A program made the position numbers and the translations under genes. Below are positions 8,280 through 15,978 of a stretch of DNA of 42,963 nt, in pieces (the first letter of the stretch is position 1; each line of letters opens with the position of its first letter). The stretch lies in IMG/VR virus record IMGVR_UViG_3300045988_024953, one strand, 5' to 3'. The notes under the pieces are model-generated. The model did not search any database. It had not been told where the DNA came from and worked only from the letters and a program-made list of their open reading frames with translations. Origin of the DNA: a virus.

Positions 8280-8391
8280 GCGTCTGGTGTATCGCGGGGG
8301 CAACTGGAACAACTCTGCGAATGGACTCTTTTCGTTCAACGGCAACAATCCACGCTCGAATGTGAACTGGAGCATCGGTTTCCGCTCCGCT
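8280..8391 (+). repeat. DGR template region (TR)
   Basis: This is the invariant copy of VR, with 23 adenines. In the VR frame it has 9 AAY codons plus one TAT. It is non-coding and sits between avd and the RT gene. Confidence 0.93.
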
Positions 8392-8582
8392 CTGGTCTAT
8401 TTTGTTGAGGATCCACGGCACTCATGGGTGCCTGGCAACGGTCCAGATCAAAGGGGCACGTCTCCCGGTATAGAAATCTATACCAAAGACAGATCCGCCT
8501 GACAATGGGCGGTGTTTACTGCGTAGGCTGGCCGGATCATCGGATTGTCACGCGCAGCTATTAAAGAACAAAGGAGGCAACA
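8392..8582 (+). ncRNA. TR-RT spacer, probably part of the DGR template RNA
   Basis: Non-coding. Three stem-loops: ggcac/gtgcc (8417-8432), ggtataga/tctatacc (8467-8484) and ccgcc/ggcgg (8495-8512). Confidence 0.5.
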
Positions 8583-9692
8583 ATGGAACAATGTAAAAAC
8601 ATGTTCGAGAAAATCTACGCATGGGAGAACCTTCTGGACGCATATCACCATGCAGCCAGTGAGAAATGGTTCCGCGACGACGTGGCGGCCTTCTCTGCTC
8701 ATCTGGGTGAAAACCTAACAGACATTCAAAACTCGCTTATCTGGAAAACATACACGGTTGGAAGGTATCGCGAGTTTTATGTTTATGAGCCAAAAAAGCG
8801 CCTTGTCATGGCTCTGAATTTTCGTGACAGAGTTGTGCAGTGGGCGATATATTTGCAGCTCAATCCTCTGCTCGACAATCAATTTATTTACCACAGCTAC
8901 GGCTGCCGGGTAGGCAAAGGAACAACCAGAGCTGCCGATCAACTTCAATACTGGATGCGCATGGCAGACAGAAAACCAATTCCCTGGTACTATTTGAAGC
9001 TCGATATATCAAAGTATTTTTACCGAGTGGACCATAATGTCCTGCTCGGGATCCTCAGGAGAAAATTCAAGGGAGAGGATGACCTGCTCTGGTTGATGGA
9101 TAAGATCATCAACTGCGACCACACTCCCTTCGGATTGCCTCCTGGGCTTAATGTTGACGACATACCGCCAAGTGAGCGACTTTTTGAAGTCGGGATGCCG
9201 ATCGGCAACTTGACGAGCCAACTGCTTGCAAATGTGTGTCTTAATGAGCTGGATCAGTACATCAAGCACGAGCTCCGCGTCCATTGTTATGTCAGATATA
9301 TGGACGACATGGTGCTACTGCATCCGGACAAGACTTTCCTCAACAAGTGCAAGGATCTGATTGAGGAATATCTCAACGATATACTTCACCTGGAGCTCAA
9401 CAGCAAGACAACCATCGGCAAAGTCTCCTGCGGGATCACTTTTGTCGGGTATGTAATCCGGCCAACATACCGGAAACTAAAACGCAAGTCGCTCCGCAAA
9501 ATGAAGGCACGCATCCGTTACATCCAAAAGGAGTACGAAAGCGGCCTCATTGATTTTGAGGACGTCAACAACACGATGCAGAGCTACTTCGGACAGATGT
9601 CAAACTTTGACAGCTATGGACTCAGGAAGTGGATCACTGAAAACATCGCCTTCCAGCGCGGAGAGACACGCGGGAAAGGAGGTATCACATGA
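8583..9692 (+). CDS. DGR reverse transcriptase
   Basis: 369 aa. YMDD at 9297-9308 and the DGR-hallmark IGNLTSQ at 9201-9221. AGGAGG RBS upstream. Confidence 0.95.
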   Translation: MEQCKNMFEKIYAWENLLDAYHHAASEKWFRDDVAAFSAHLGENLTDIQNSLIWKTYTVGRYREFYVYEPKKRLVMALNFRDRVVQWAIYLQLNPLLDNQFIYHSYGCRVGKGTTRAADQLQYWMRMADRKPIPWYYLKLDISKYFYRVDHNVLLGILRRKFKGEDDLLWLMDKIINCDHTPFGLPPGLNVDDIPPSERLFEVGMPIGNLTSQLLANVCLNELDQYIKHELRVHCYVRYMDDMVLLHPDKTFLNKCKDLIEEYLNDILHLELNSKTTIGKVSCGITFVGYVIRPTYRKLKRKSLRKMKARIRYIQKEYESGLIDFEDVNNTMQSYFGQMSNFDSYGLRKWITENIAFQRGETRGKGGIT

Positions 9693-10036
9693 TCGACATC
9701 AGCATCCTGATCGCAGTCATCGGCGTCGTTTTATCTATCGCAACATTTTACTTCGGCCGCCAGGCTGGAGCAAAGCAAGATGGGAAAAGCGCCGGAGCGC
9801 TGGAGACAGACATCAGCTACATCAAGGAAAGCGTGCAGCGCATTGAAACCCAGCTCAATCGAGACGTGCAAAGGCTCGAGGGGCGCATCGACGAGATCAG
9901 CAATCAAATGAGCATTATCAGCAACACGGCCGGTAGAGCCCACGAGTCCGCTAAGTCGGCGCACAATCGCATCGACGAGCACTTGCAGCGCGAGCACAAC
10001 ATCACAGTGGAAAGGGGACGGACAAATGAGACGTAA
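9689..10036 (+). CDS. Membrane-anchored coiled-coil protein of the lysis cassette
   Basis: 115 aa with an N-terminal TM helix followed by a coiled coil. ATGA overlap with the RT stop. It precedes the holin and endolysin. Confidence 0.45.
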   Translation: MIDISILIAVIGVVLSIATFYFGRQAGAKQDGKSAGALETDISYIKESVQRIETQLNRDVQRLEGRIDEISNQMSIISNTAGRAHESAKSAHNRIDEHLQREHNITVERGRTNET

Positions 10037-10328
10037 ACGCCCAGAATTTTCAAAGACAATACTCAAAGCCGTGGCAATCGCCACGGTTGTTATTGTCGTA
10101 CTGTCTTTCAAGCTCATGTTTGAGACTGGAGACACTTCCGCCCTGGCGTACATTGTGCCGGGGATATTCACAGAGTTGTCTGCAGCTACCGGCTTTTACT
10201 TTTGGAAAGCAAAGGCCGAGAACCAGATCAAACTCGACATTGTGAGACAGAAGAAACTAAAAGATCAAAAACATCCGGATGATGATCCGGAAGAAAGTGA
10301 GGCAGATTATGACAACAGAACAGATTAG
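10026..10328 (+). CDS. Holin (two TM helices, charged C-terminus)
   Basis: 100 aa with two hydrophobic helices and an acidic/basic tail. It lies immediately upstream of the endolysin. Confidence 0.65.
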   Translation: MRRKRPEFSKTILKAVAIATVVIVVLSFKLMFETGDTSALAYIVPGIFTELSAATGFYFWKAKAENQIKLDIVRQKKLKDQKHPDDDPEESEADYDNRTD

Positions 10329-11292
10329 ACAGAAAGTCGTTGAAAAGATGCGCAGCTGGATCGGCTGCAAGGAAAGCGACGGATCGCACAAAAAGATCAT
10401 TGATCTCTACAACAGCCACAAGCCTCTCGCGCGAGGCTATGCCGTCAAATACACAGACGCATGGTGCGCCACAACGGTGTCGGCTGCATCCATCGCCTGC
10501 GGATTGACTGACATCATGCCAACAGAGTGCGGATGCGACGCAATGATCAAACTCTACCGGAATTTAGGTAGATGGGAGGAAAACGACGCATACAGACCGA
10601 GCCCTGGCGATGTTGTTTTTTACGACTGGGACGACAACGGCATCGGCGACAACCGCGGATCCTCTGATCATGTCGGAGTAGTCGACCATGTATCTGGCAA
10701 CACGATCACAATTATCGAAGGCAACAAGAGCAACGCAGTCGGTACCAGAGAGATCCAGGTCAATGGCAAATACATCAGAGGCTACGGCTTGCCTAATTAT
10801 GCAAGCAAAGCAACATCAGCGAGCCACACAGAAAAACCGGCAACATTGAAGCATAAGGCTGGAGATATTGTAAAATTTACCGGCTCAACTCATTACAAAA
10901 GCTCAGACGCATCCAGCGGCGTGAGCTGCAAGGCAGGCACAGCCAAGATTACTGCAGTATTTGAAAAGGGCAAGCATCCGTATCACCTTATTGCCGAAAA
11001 AGGCGGCGGCTCTACGGTTTATGGCTGGGTAGACACCAAAGACATCGGAGAAACTTCTCAGGCTTCTCCTGCTGCCTCTGCTTCGTTCTCAGTGGGCGAC
11101 AAGGTAAAAGTCAGAGGATCGGTTCATTGTTACGGTAACGGATCCGGAGGCGACGCAAACAGAGACGGCTCCACAATGTACGTTGTCGGGCTTGTGAGCT
11201 CCAAAACTTACAAATATTACATCGGCGTGGCTGACAAAAAAGGCGGCGCTCGTATTGGATGGGCTGAGCCTTCTCAGCTCTCTCACTGCTAA
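10309..11292 (+). CDS. Endolysin: N-terminal CHAP-type peptidase plus two C-terminal SH3-like wall-binding repeats
   Basis: Motifs AWCATTVS (Cys), GDVVFYDWD and SDHVGVV (His), then two GD.VK..GS.H... repeats. The ORF is open from 10279 and I prefer the ATG at 10309. Confidence 0.85.
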   Translation: MTTEQIRQKVVEKMRSWIGCKESDGSHKKIIDLYNSHKPLARGYAVKYTDAWCATTVSAASIACGLTDIMPTECGCDAMIKLYRNLGRWEENDAYRPSPGDVVFYDWDDNGIGDNRGSSDHVGVVDHVSGNTITIIEGNKSNAVGTREIQVNGKYIRGYGLPNYASKATSASHTEKPATLKHKAGDIVKFTGSTHYKSSDASSGVSCKAGTAKITAVFEKGKHPYHLIAEKGGGSTVYGWVDTKDIGETSQASPAASASFSVGDKVKVRGSVHCYGNGSGGDANRDGSTMYVVGLVSSKTYKYYIGVADKKGGARIGWAEPSQLSHC

Positions 11293-11303
11293 GGAGGTAC
11301 ACT

Positions 11304-11807
11304 ATGAACATAAACCAGATCATCGGCATCGTTATCGTTTTGATCCTTTTGCCACTTATCGCCTATCTTCTCTCTGTTGCGGTCTCCTACATGAAGGCCA
11401 AGGCTGAGAACATCCAGAACCAGACTGTCAAAGATATTGTTTTGGATGCCATCGACACCGTTGAGCAGTCCGTCCTCTATGTCATGCAGACGTATGTGGA
11501 CGCATTGAAACGTGGCGGCACATTCACTAAAGAAGCACAGCAGGCTGCGTTTGAAAAAGCTGCGGAACGCGCGAGAGAATTGATCACAGACGAGGTCAAG
11601 GCAATGATCTCGGCAACCTATGGAGATTTTGATAAATGGTTAGAGACTCGCATTGAGAAAGAAGTCCGAGCGAATAAAACAGAAAAGCCGGAGACGGATC
11701 ACACAGTTGAAGCAGCGACCACTGCTGCCAGTGTGGCGGCAACTGTCGCATCCACTGCAGTCCAGCAACTCGCAGCCGAAGTGTCCGACGCGACGCCTCG
11801 TGAATAA
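11304..11807 (+). CDS. LL-H-type holin-like membrane protein
   Basis: 167 aa with an N-terminal TM helix and a DAIDTVEQSVLYVMQTY pattern resembling the Holin_LLH family. Confidence 0.5.
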   Translation: MNINQIIGIVIVLILLPLIAYLLSVAVSYMKAKAENIQNQTVKDIVLDAIDTVEQSVLYVMQTYVDALKRGGTFTKEAQQAAFEKAAERARELITDEVKAMISATYGDFDKWLETRIEKEVRANKTEKPETDHTVEAATTAASVAATVASTAVQQLAAEVSDATPRE

Positions 11808-11830
11808 TCACAAACGATAAAACAAAAAAG

Positions 11831-11863
11831 CCCAGCAGGACCATCACCTGCTGGGTGTTTTTT
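11831..11863. terminator. Bidirectional rho-independent terminator between convergent lysis and integrase genes (also a candidate attP)
   Basis: cccagcagg (11831-11839) pairs with cctgctggg (11847-11855). It is flanked by an A-run upstream and a T-run downstream. Confidence 0.7.
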
Positions 11864-13487
11864 AGTGCTCGGCGAACACTTTCCAGTTAAAGACAAAACT
11901 CACAACACCGCGGAAATAAAGGATCCGCGTGGTGTTCGCCTCAGACTCATTTAGTGGAGCAGACGAGTCCAAAGGCGAACCCTCTGCACCATCCATGTCA
12001 ACAAGTTCCTGCTCGATCTGCCTGAGCGTCAGCTGGTTGTTTTCGCCGGTATAATTGTAATTGATCACGATCCGGCCATCGTCCCAGAGATAAACAGACG
12101 AGACAAACGCCTCCACCAGCTTCGTGCGATAATCAGGATCGTCAAGACTGCCCTCTTTGAACTTCTCCAGAAAATACACAATCTGGTCACGCTCGATGTC
12201 TGGCGTTGCTATCTTCTCCCTTGCTATCGCGGCACTGATCTGATCCCGCTGCTCCTCAAGCTCCATGAGCCTCTGCTTCGTGCTTTTCGTGATGATGCCC
12301 TGCTCAATCGCCTGCATCATGTTCCTGATCGAACTCTCCACATTCTTGAGACTTGCCTCCAGAGCATCGAGCTCTCCGTTGCTTTTCTTTTCTCTCTCCA
12401 GAAAGTCCATCACTCCGTCAGCAATCTGCTCGATCATATCCTCAGCAAGCACGACCTCTTTCGTATATTTTACAACAATATCCTCAATCCATTCCTTTTT
12501 CACCGGCTTTTTATCACAACCGTGCCGCCTGGTTCGGTTTACGCAGGCATAATAGTCGTATTTCTTACCAGACTTGCCGGTGCCAGCTCTGCCGACCATC
12601 AGCTCACCGCAGTGGCCACAGAACAGCTTCGAGGTGAGGATGTAGTCCGCAACCTTCCATTTATGCGCCGGAGCTCTGGATCCTCGGTCGAGCTTGCGCT
12701 GCACACTGTCAAACAATGGCAGCGGGACGATCTGCGGCATACCGCCCGGAACAGTAACATCGCCCCAGGAATACTCGCCGATATACTTCCGGTTCCTCAG
12801 GATCCTGGTCACACTGTTTTTGTTAAAGGCAAAGCCTCGCGTTGTCCGGAAGCCTCTGGCGTTTAGGTCGTCGATGATCTCTTTCTGCGGAACGCCTGCA
12901 TCATACTTCTGGAATATACTCAGCACAACGCTGGCATAATCTGGATCAATCTCATAACAACCATCTTCTCCGGTGTAATACCCAAGCACCTGGACGCCGT
13001 TGGTCTTGCATTTCATGGCATTGCCTTCCAAACCTCTGAGGATGTTCTGGGAAAGCGCCGCGCTGTAATACTCGGCATATCCCTCGAGAACTGACTCCAG
13101 GATGATGCCCTCAGGTCCGTCCGGTATCGTCTCTTTTGCGTACAGAACGCGGACGCCGTTCTTTCTGAGCTTCGCCTTATATATGGCGCTGTCATATCTG
13201 TCGCGGGCGAAACGATCCACCTTGTAAGTGACAACGACCCGGAACTTGCCACGAGCTGAGTCCCTGATCATTTTCTGGAAGTCCGGACGGCTGTCTGTTC
13301 TTCCGGTGAGAGCTGAGTCTGTATATTCTGCAATGATCTTTATGTTGTTACGAGCAGCGAACTCGTGACACTCACGCAGCTGATCCTCGATTGACTCCTC
13401 TCTCTGGGAGTGGCTTGAGTACCTGGCATAAATGACGCCGATCATTCCATCACAATCCGACGCTGCCGCTGGTATCCTTTTTGCCAT
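11862..13487 (-). CDS. Large serine recombinase (integrase)
   Basis: Resolvase catalytic N-terminus (VIYARYSSHSQ...DRFARD), a recombinase domain and a Cys-rich zinc ribbon (CGHCG...YYACV). The ORF is open to 13496. I prefer the ATG at 13487, which has a GAGGTG RBS. Confidence 0.9.
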   Translation of the reverse strand: MAKRIPAAASDCDGMIGVIYARYSSHSQREESIEDQLRECHEFAARNNIKIIAEYTDSALTGRTDSRPDFQKMIRDSARGKFRVVVTYKVDRFARDRYDSAIYKAKLRKNGVRVLYAKETIPDGPEGIILESVLEGYAEYYSAALSQNILRGLEGNAMKCKTNGVQVLGYYTGEDGCYEIDPDYASVVLSIFQKYDAGVPQKEIIDDLNARGFRTTRGFAFNKNSVTRILRNRKYIGEYSWGDVTVPGGMPQIVPLPLFDSVQRKLDRGSRAPAHKWKVADYILTSKLFCGHCGELMVGRAGTGKSGKKYDYYACVNRTRRHGCDKKPVKKEWIEDIVVKYTKEVVLAEDMIEQIADGVMDFLEREKKSNGELDALEASLKNVESSIRNMMQAIEQGIITKSTKQRLMELEEQRDQISAAIAREKIATPDIERDQIVYFLEKFKEGSLDDPDYRTKLVEAFVSSVYLWDDGRIVINYNYTGENNQLTLRQIEQELVDMDGAEGSPLDSSAPLNESEANTTRILYFRGVVSFVFNWKVFAEH

Positions 13488-13492
13488 CCGGA

Positions 13493-13957
13493 TCACCTCG
13501 TTTCTGGCAAACCGATGATGGCGCCGCTCTTGTCTGCGAACTTATTGCAGCAGAGCATCACAATGTCGACGATCCAGCCGATCCCGAAACATCCAAGAGT
13601 CAACAACCAAAGGATGCCGGTGCCTATCTTTCCAACATAAAAGCGGTGGATCCCCATATACCCAAGCAGCACACAAAGAACCAGTGCGACGCCCTTGCTT
13701 TTCTGAGAGCGAACCGGCACAGCTACCTCTGGCACGATCGGATCAGCTGACGCGGCAGCAGTCGGAGCTCCCATCTTTTTACTTGTGGAATATGACAACC
13801 CAGTGCCGGGGATCCCGACCGTGGTCGTTGTCCTTCCTCTTGTGCTGAATGTTTTCTTGAACCCCTTCGGGCCGATGGATATGCTTGCGCTTTTTGCGTT
13901 CAAATTTACTCGCACGCCTGGCGCGATCTTCTTACTCTTTCTAAATCTCATTCCCAT
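13493..13957 (-). CDS. DUF4236-like N-terminus plus TM2-domain membrane protein
   Basis: 154 aa. N-terminal RFRKSKKIAPGVRVNL..., C-terminal GIHRFYVGKIGTGILWLLT...GIGWIVD TM2 motif. Its stop lies 3 nt before the integrase ATG. Confidence 0.65.
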   Translation of the reverse strand: MGMRFRKSKKIAPGVRVNLNAKSASISIGPKGFKKTFSTRGRTTTTVGIPGTGLSYSTSKKMGAPTAAASADPIVPEVAVPVRSQKSKGVALVLCVLLGYMGIHRFYVGKIGTGILWLLTLGCFGIGWIVDIVMLCCNKFADKSGAIIGLPETR

Positions 13958-13978
13958 GATAAAAGACCTCCTTTATTG

Positions 13979-14003
13979 AAAAAGCCCGCCCCGAAGGGCG
14001 AGC
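13979..14003 (-). terminator. Rho-independent terminator after the repressor gene
   Basis: The minus strand reads gctcgccc-ttcg-gggcgggc followed by ttttt. Confidence 0.7.
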
Positions 14004-14035
14004 CTCTCACCTCCTCCTGGAAAAATCGACATATA

Positions 14036-14410
14036 TCACATTGCCGACTCTTTTTTCACTGGCGACTCGTTACACTTTAAGACCATGAGTGCTGACTCAC
14101 GTCCAACCGGTGTTGCTTTTCTCCAGAGTTCCAGAAGTTCAGCTTCATCAGCTGACAACTGCGTTTCGGTTGAGTAGCTTGTGGGCTCCGTTCCGAAAAA
14201 TTCGCTAATGTCGGCATGATATAGATTGCAAAGCGCCAGGAACGTCTCGGCGTCCGGCTGGTTTTGGCCACTCTCCCATGCGTAGACTGTGTTTTCTTTC
14301 TTTCCAATAGCTTCGGCCGCGTCTTTTGCGGATATTCCAGCTGCCTTCCGGAAAGCCTTCAACTGCTTCGCGATGGTCTCGCGGGTGTGCTTCTTTGCAT
14401 CCATGAACAT
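14036..14410 (-). CDS. CI-like repressor (XRE-family HTH)
   Basis: HTH segment IAKQLKAFRKAAGISAKDAAEAIGKKENTVYAWESGQNQP. It is divergent from the early operon. AGGAGG lies 5 nt upstream of the ATG at 14410. Confidence 0.85.
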   Translation of the reverse strand: MFMDAKKHTRETIAKQLKAFRKAAGISAKDAAEAIGKKENTVYAWESGQNQPDAETFLALCNLYHADISEFFGTEPTSYSTETQLSADEAELLELWRKATPVGRESALMVLKCNESPVKKESAM

Positions 14411-14494
14411 CACCTCCTCCTACAATATACCATAGCCAACGGACAAAAACAACAAAAAAACCCACGAAAAATAGAAAAAACAAGATAAAACATC

Positions 14495-14523
14495 TTGACT
14501 TCCCACGCTGGATGGGTTATATT
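14495..14523 (+). promoter_or_regulatory. Early rightward promoter (sigma-70-like)
   Basis: TTGACT (14495-14500), a 17-nt spacer, then TATATT (14518-14523). Confidence 0.6.
14501..14517. promoter_or_regulatory. Operator-like inverted repeat O1 (TCCCACG-N3-GATGGGT)
   Basis: It exactly fills the -35/-10 spacer. Its half-sites are shared with O2. Confidence 0.5.
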
Positions 14524-14531
14524 ACAATCAA

Positions 14532-14548
14532 TCCCACGGAGAATGGGA
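14532..14548. promoter_or_regulatory. Operator-like inverted repeat O2 (TCCCACG-N3-AATGGGA)
   Basis: Same 17-bp architecture as O1, 31 bp downstream and just after the -10. Confidence 0.5.
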
Positions 14549-14591
14549 CGGAGCCCACAGAACTCTCGCACATAATAAGGAGGTCAACAGA

Positions 14592-15026
14592 ATGATCGAA
14601 GATCTGAAAGAAACCGCAGCTTGTGGCATGATCATCCACTACTCAGTTGATACAACCACCGATATGGTGACGTATAACGACATAAACGGCCGAGGCGTAA
14701 AAAGTAACAACTGCTCAGGATGCTCATGGAGAGCAATCTGCAAACCATCAACACTGCCAGAAATGAAACACTACTTTTTTACTTTTGGATCCGATGAAAG
14801 ATACCCATATCAAGGCGGGTATGTTGAAATCGCAGCTCCAAGCATCCAAGCAGCGTGCACAATATTCCGAGCATATTATCCGGATCGTGTTGATGGAATA
14901 CTCAACTGCAGCGACTACTACACCGCCGCAGAATTTGAAAAAACCGGAATGAAAGAAACTGGAAACAGAGGAGCCGGATGCCATTGCATAATCGGCCCAC
15001 AAAGTAGGAAGGAGGAACACAAATGA
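14592..15026 (+). CDS. Hypothetical early protein
   Basis: 144 aa with an AAGGAGG RBS. First gene of the rightward operon. No confident family. Confidence 0.55.
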   Translation: MIEDLKETAACGMIIHYSVDTTTDMVTYNDINGRGVKSNNCSGCSWRAICKPSTLPEMKHYFFTFGSDERYPYQGGYVEIAAPSIQAACTIFRAYYPDRVDGILNCSDYYTAAEFEKTGMKETGNRGAGCHCIIGPQSRKEEHK

Positions 15027-15244
15027 GCAATATCATCAGAGTGATCAGCAACCGCATCGAGGACCGCGGCATGAGCATCACGGTTGTTGCAACACGCGCC
15101 AATATCAACCCAGAGCTTTTGAGCAGAACACTGAACGGACGCAGAAAGCTCAAAGCTGACGAGTTAGTTGATCTCTGCAGAGTTCTGGATCTTACAATGG
15201 ACGATTTCAAGGAAGTGTCCGCAACGTCCACCGCCACAGCATAG
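15023..15244 (+). CDS. Cro/antirepressor-like XRE-family HTH protein
   Basis: 73 aa. HTH segment MSITVVATRANINPELLSRTLNGRRKL. Confidence 0.65.
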   Translation: MSNIIRVISNRIEDRGMSITVVATRANINPELLSRTLNGRRKLKADELVDLCRVLDLTMDDFKEVSATSTATA

Positions 15245-15256
15245 GAAGGAGCGAAA

Positions 15257-15811
15257 ATGTTCAAAGAAATTATTCAAAAGTTGAAAACATGGAGAAAAGA
15301 CCGCCAGCAACTTGTCGCGGTACCCGATCCAGAACCAGAAACAGAGACACCGGTCGAAGAAATTCCGGGCGATGTTCTCGCACTGGATGATCCAGAGGGC
15401 TCATACGGCGAAGGCATCGAGCCAGAATGCTGGCAGTGTTCTCCAGGTATGCGCTTGAGAAACGGAGAGGTCCAGCTGCTCCAGGAAAAGGATCCGACAG
15501 AACCCAGCCGGGAGCTTGCTACTCTCTACGGAATAACAGCTGACGAAGCAGCGGAACGCCTGAGAGATCTCGGCAAAGCAATCACGGACGCGCTCAAACC
15601 GTTCGTTGACGCCATGCGCAACATGTGGGAATGTCTGCCGAAGTGGTACCGTGACGCGCTGGCTCTCGAGAACGAAATGAAAGAGATCGCAACGCCGCGA
15701 CAGTGGCACCTATACAAACACGGAACACCACGCCAACAGAAGAAATGGGCGCACGCTCTGGCCAGAAAAGCCAAGATCCAGAAGAAACGGCAAGGAGGTG
15801 ACAACCGATGA
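15257..15811 (+). CDS. Hypothetical early protein
   Basis: 184 aa with a GGAGCG RBS-like sequence upstream. No recognisable domain. Confidence 0.55.
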   Translation: MFKEIIQKLKTWRKDRQQLVAVPDPEPETETPVEEIPGDVLALDDPEGSYGEGIEPECWQCSPGMRLRNGEVQLLQEKDPTEPSRELATLYGITADEAAERLRDLGKAITDALKPFVDAMRNMWECLPKWYRDALALENEMKEIATPRQWHLYKHGTPRQQKKWAHALARKAKIQKKRQGGDNR

Positions 15812-15978
15812 GATACGACCAGTTCTATCAGTGCCCGAACTGCGGGTGCGCACTTGATCCAGGAGAAAAATGTGATTGCCAGAAAGAGAAAAAGGAGGCA
15901 GATGCTAATGATGCCAAGCGTTTCATTTACGGAGATCCCGGACAACACAAAGCGAACGCTCAACGCTTCGCTGGCTGA
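15808..15978 (+). CDS. Small zinc-ribbon protein (CPNC...CDC), 56 aa
   Basis: My own translation: MRYDQFYQCPNCGCALDPGEKCDCQKEKK.... AGGAGG at 15793-15798 and ATGA coupling. It is below the 60-aa cutoff of the ORF track and overlaps the next candidate CDS. Confidence 0.4.
   Translation: MRYDQFYQCPNCGCALDPGEKCDCQKEKKEADANDAKRFIYGDPGQHKANAQRFAG

Larger units (their letters stand above)
6761..9692 (+). mobile_element. Diversity-generating retroelement cassette (target/VR - avd - TR - RT)
   Basis: There is a 112-bp VR/TR repeat pair with adenine-only mismatches, an Avd-like gene, and an RT with IGNLTSQ and YMDD motifs. All parts are co-oriented. Confidence 0.93.

Noticed and set aside
8184-8502. 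ORFs 8184-8408 (+), 8287-8502 (+) and 8020-8421 (-) overlapping the template region
   Set aside because: Their coding-like appearance comes from TR being a copy of the target gene's 3' end (YRGGNWNNSANGLFSFNGNN...). They have no RBS and no independent start context. They lie in the avd-TR-RT interval, where a non-coding TR is expected.
8583-9692. Whether the RT could be a retron, group II intron or abortive-infection RT
   Set aside because: There is no intron RNA domains or maturase-En context, and no msr/msd-like inverted repeats upstream. The adjacent Avd gene, the adenine-specific TR/VR pair and the IGNLTSQ motif all point to a DGR.
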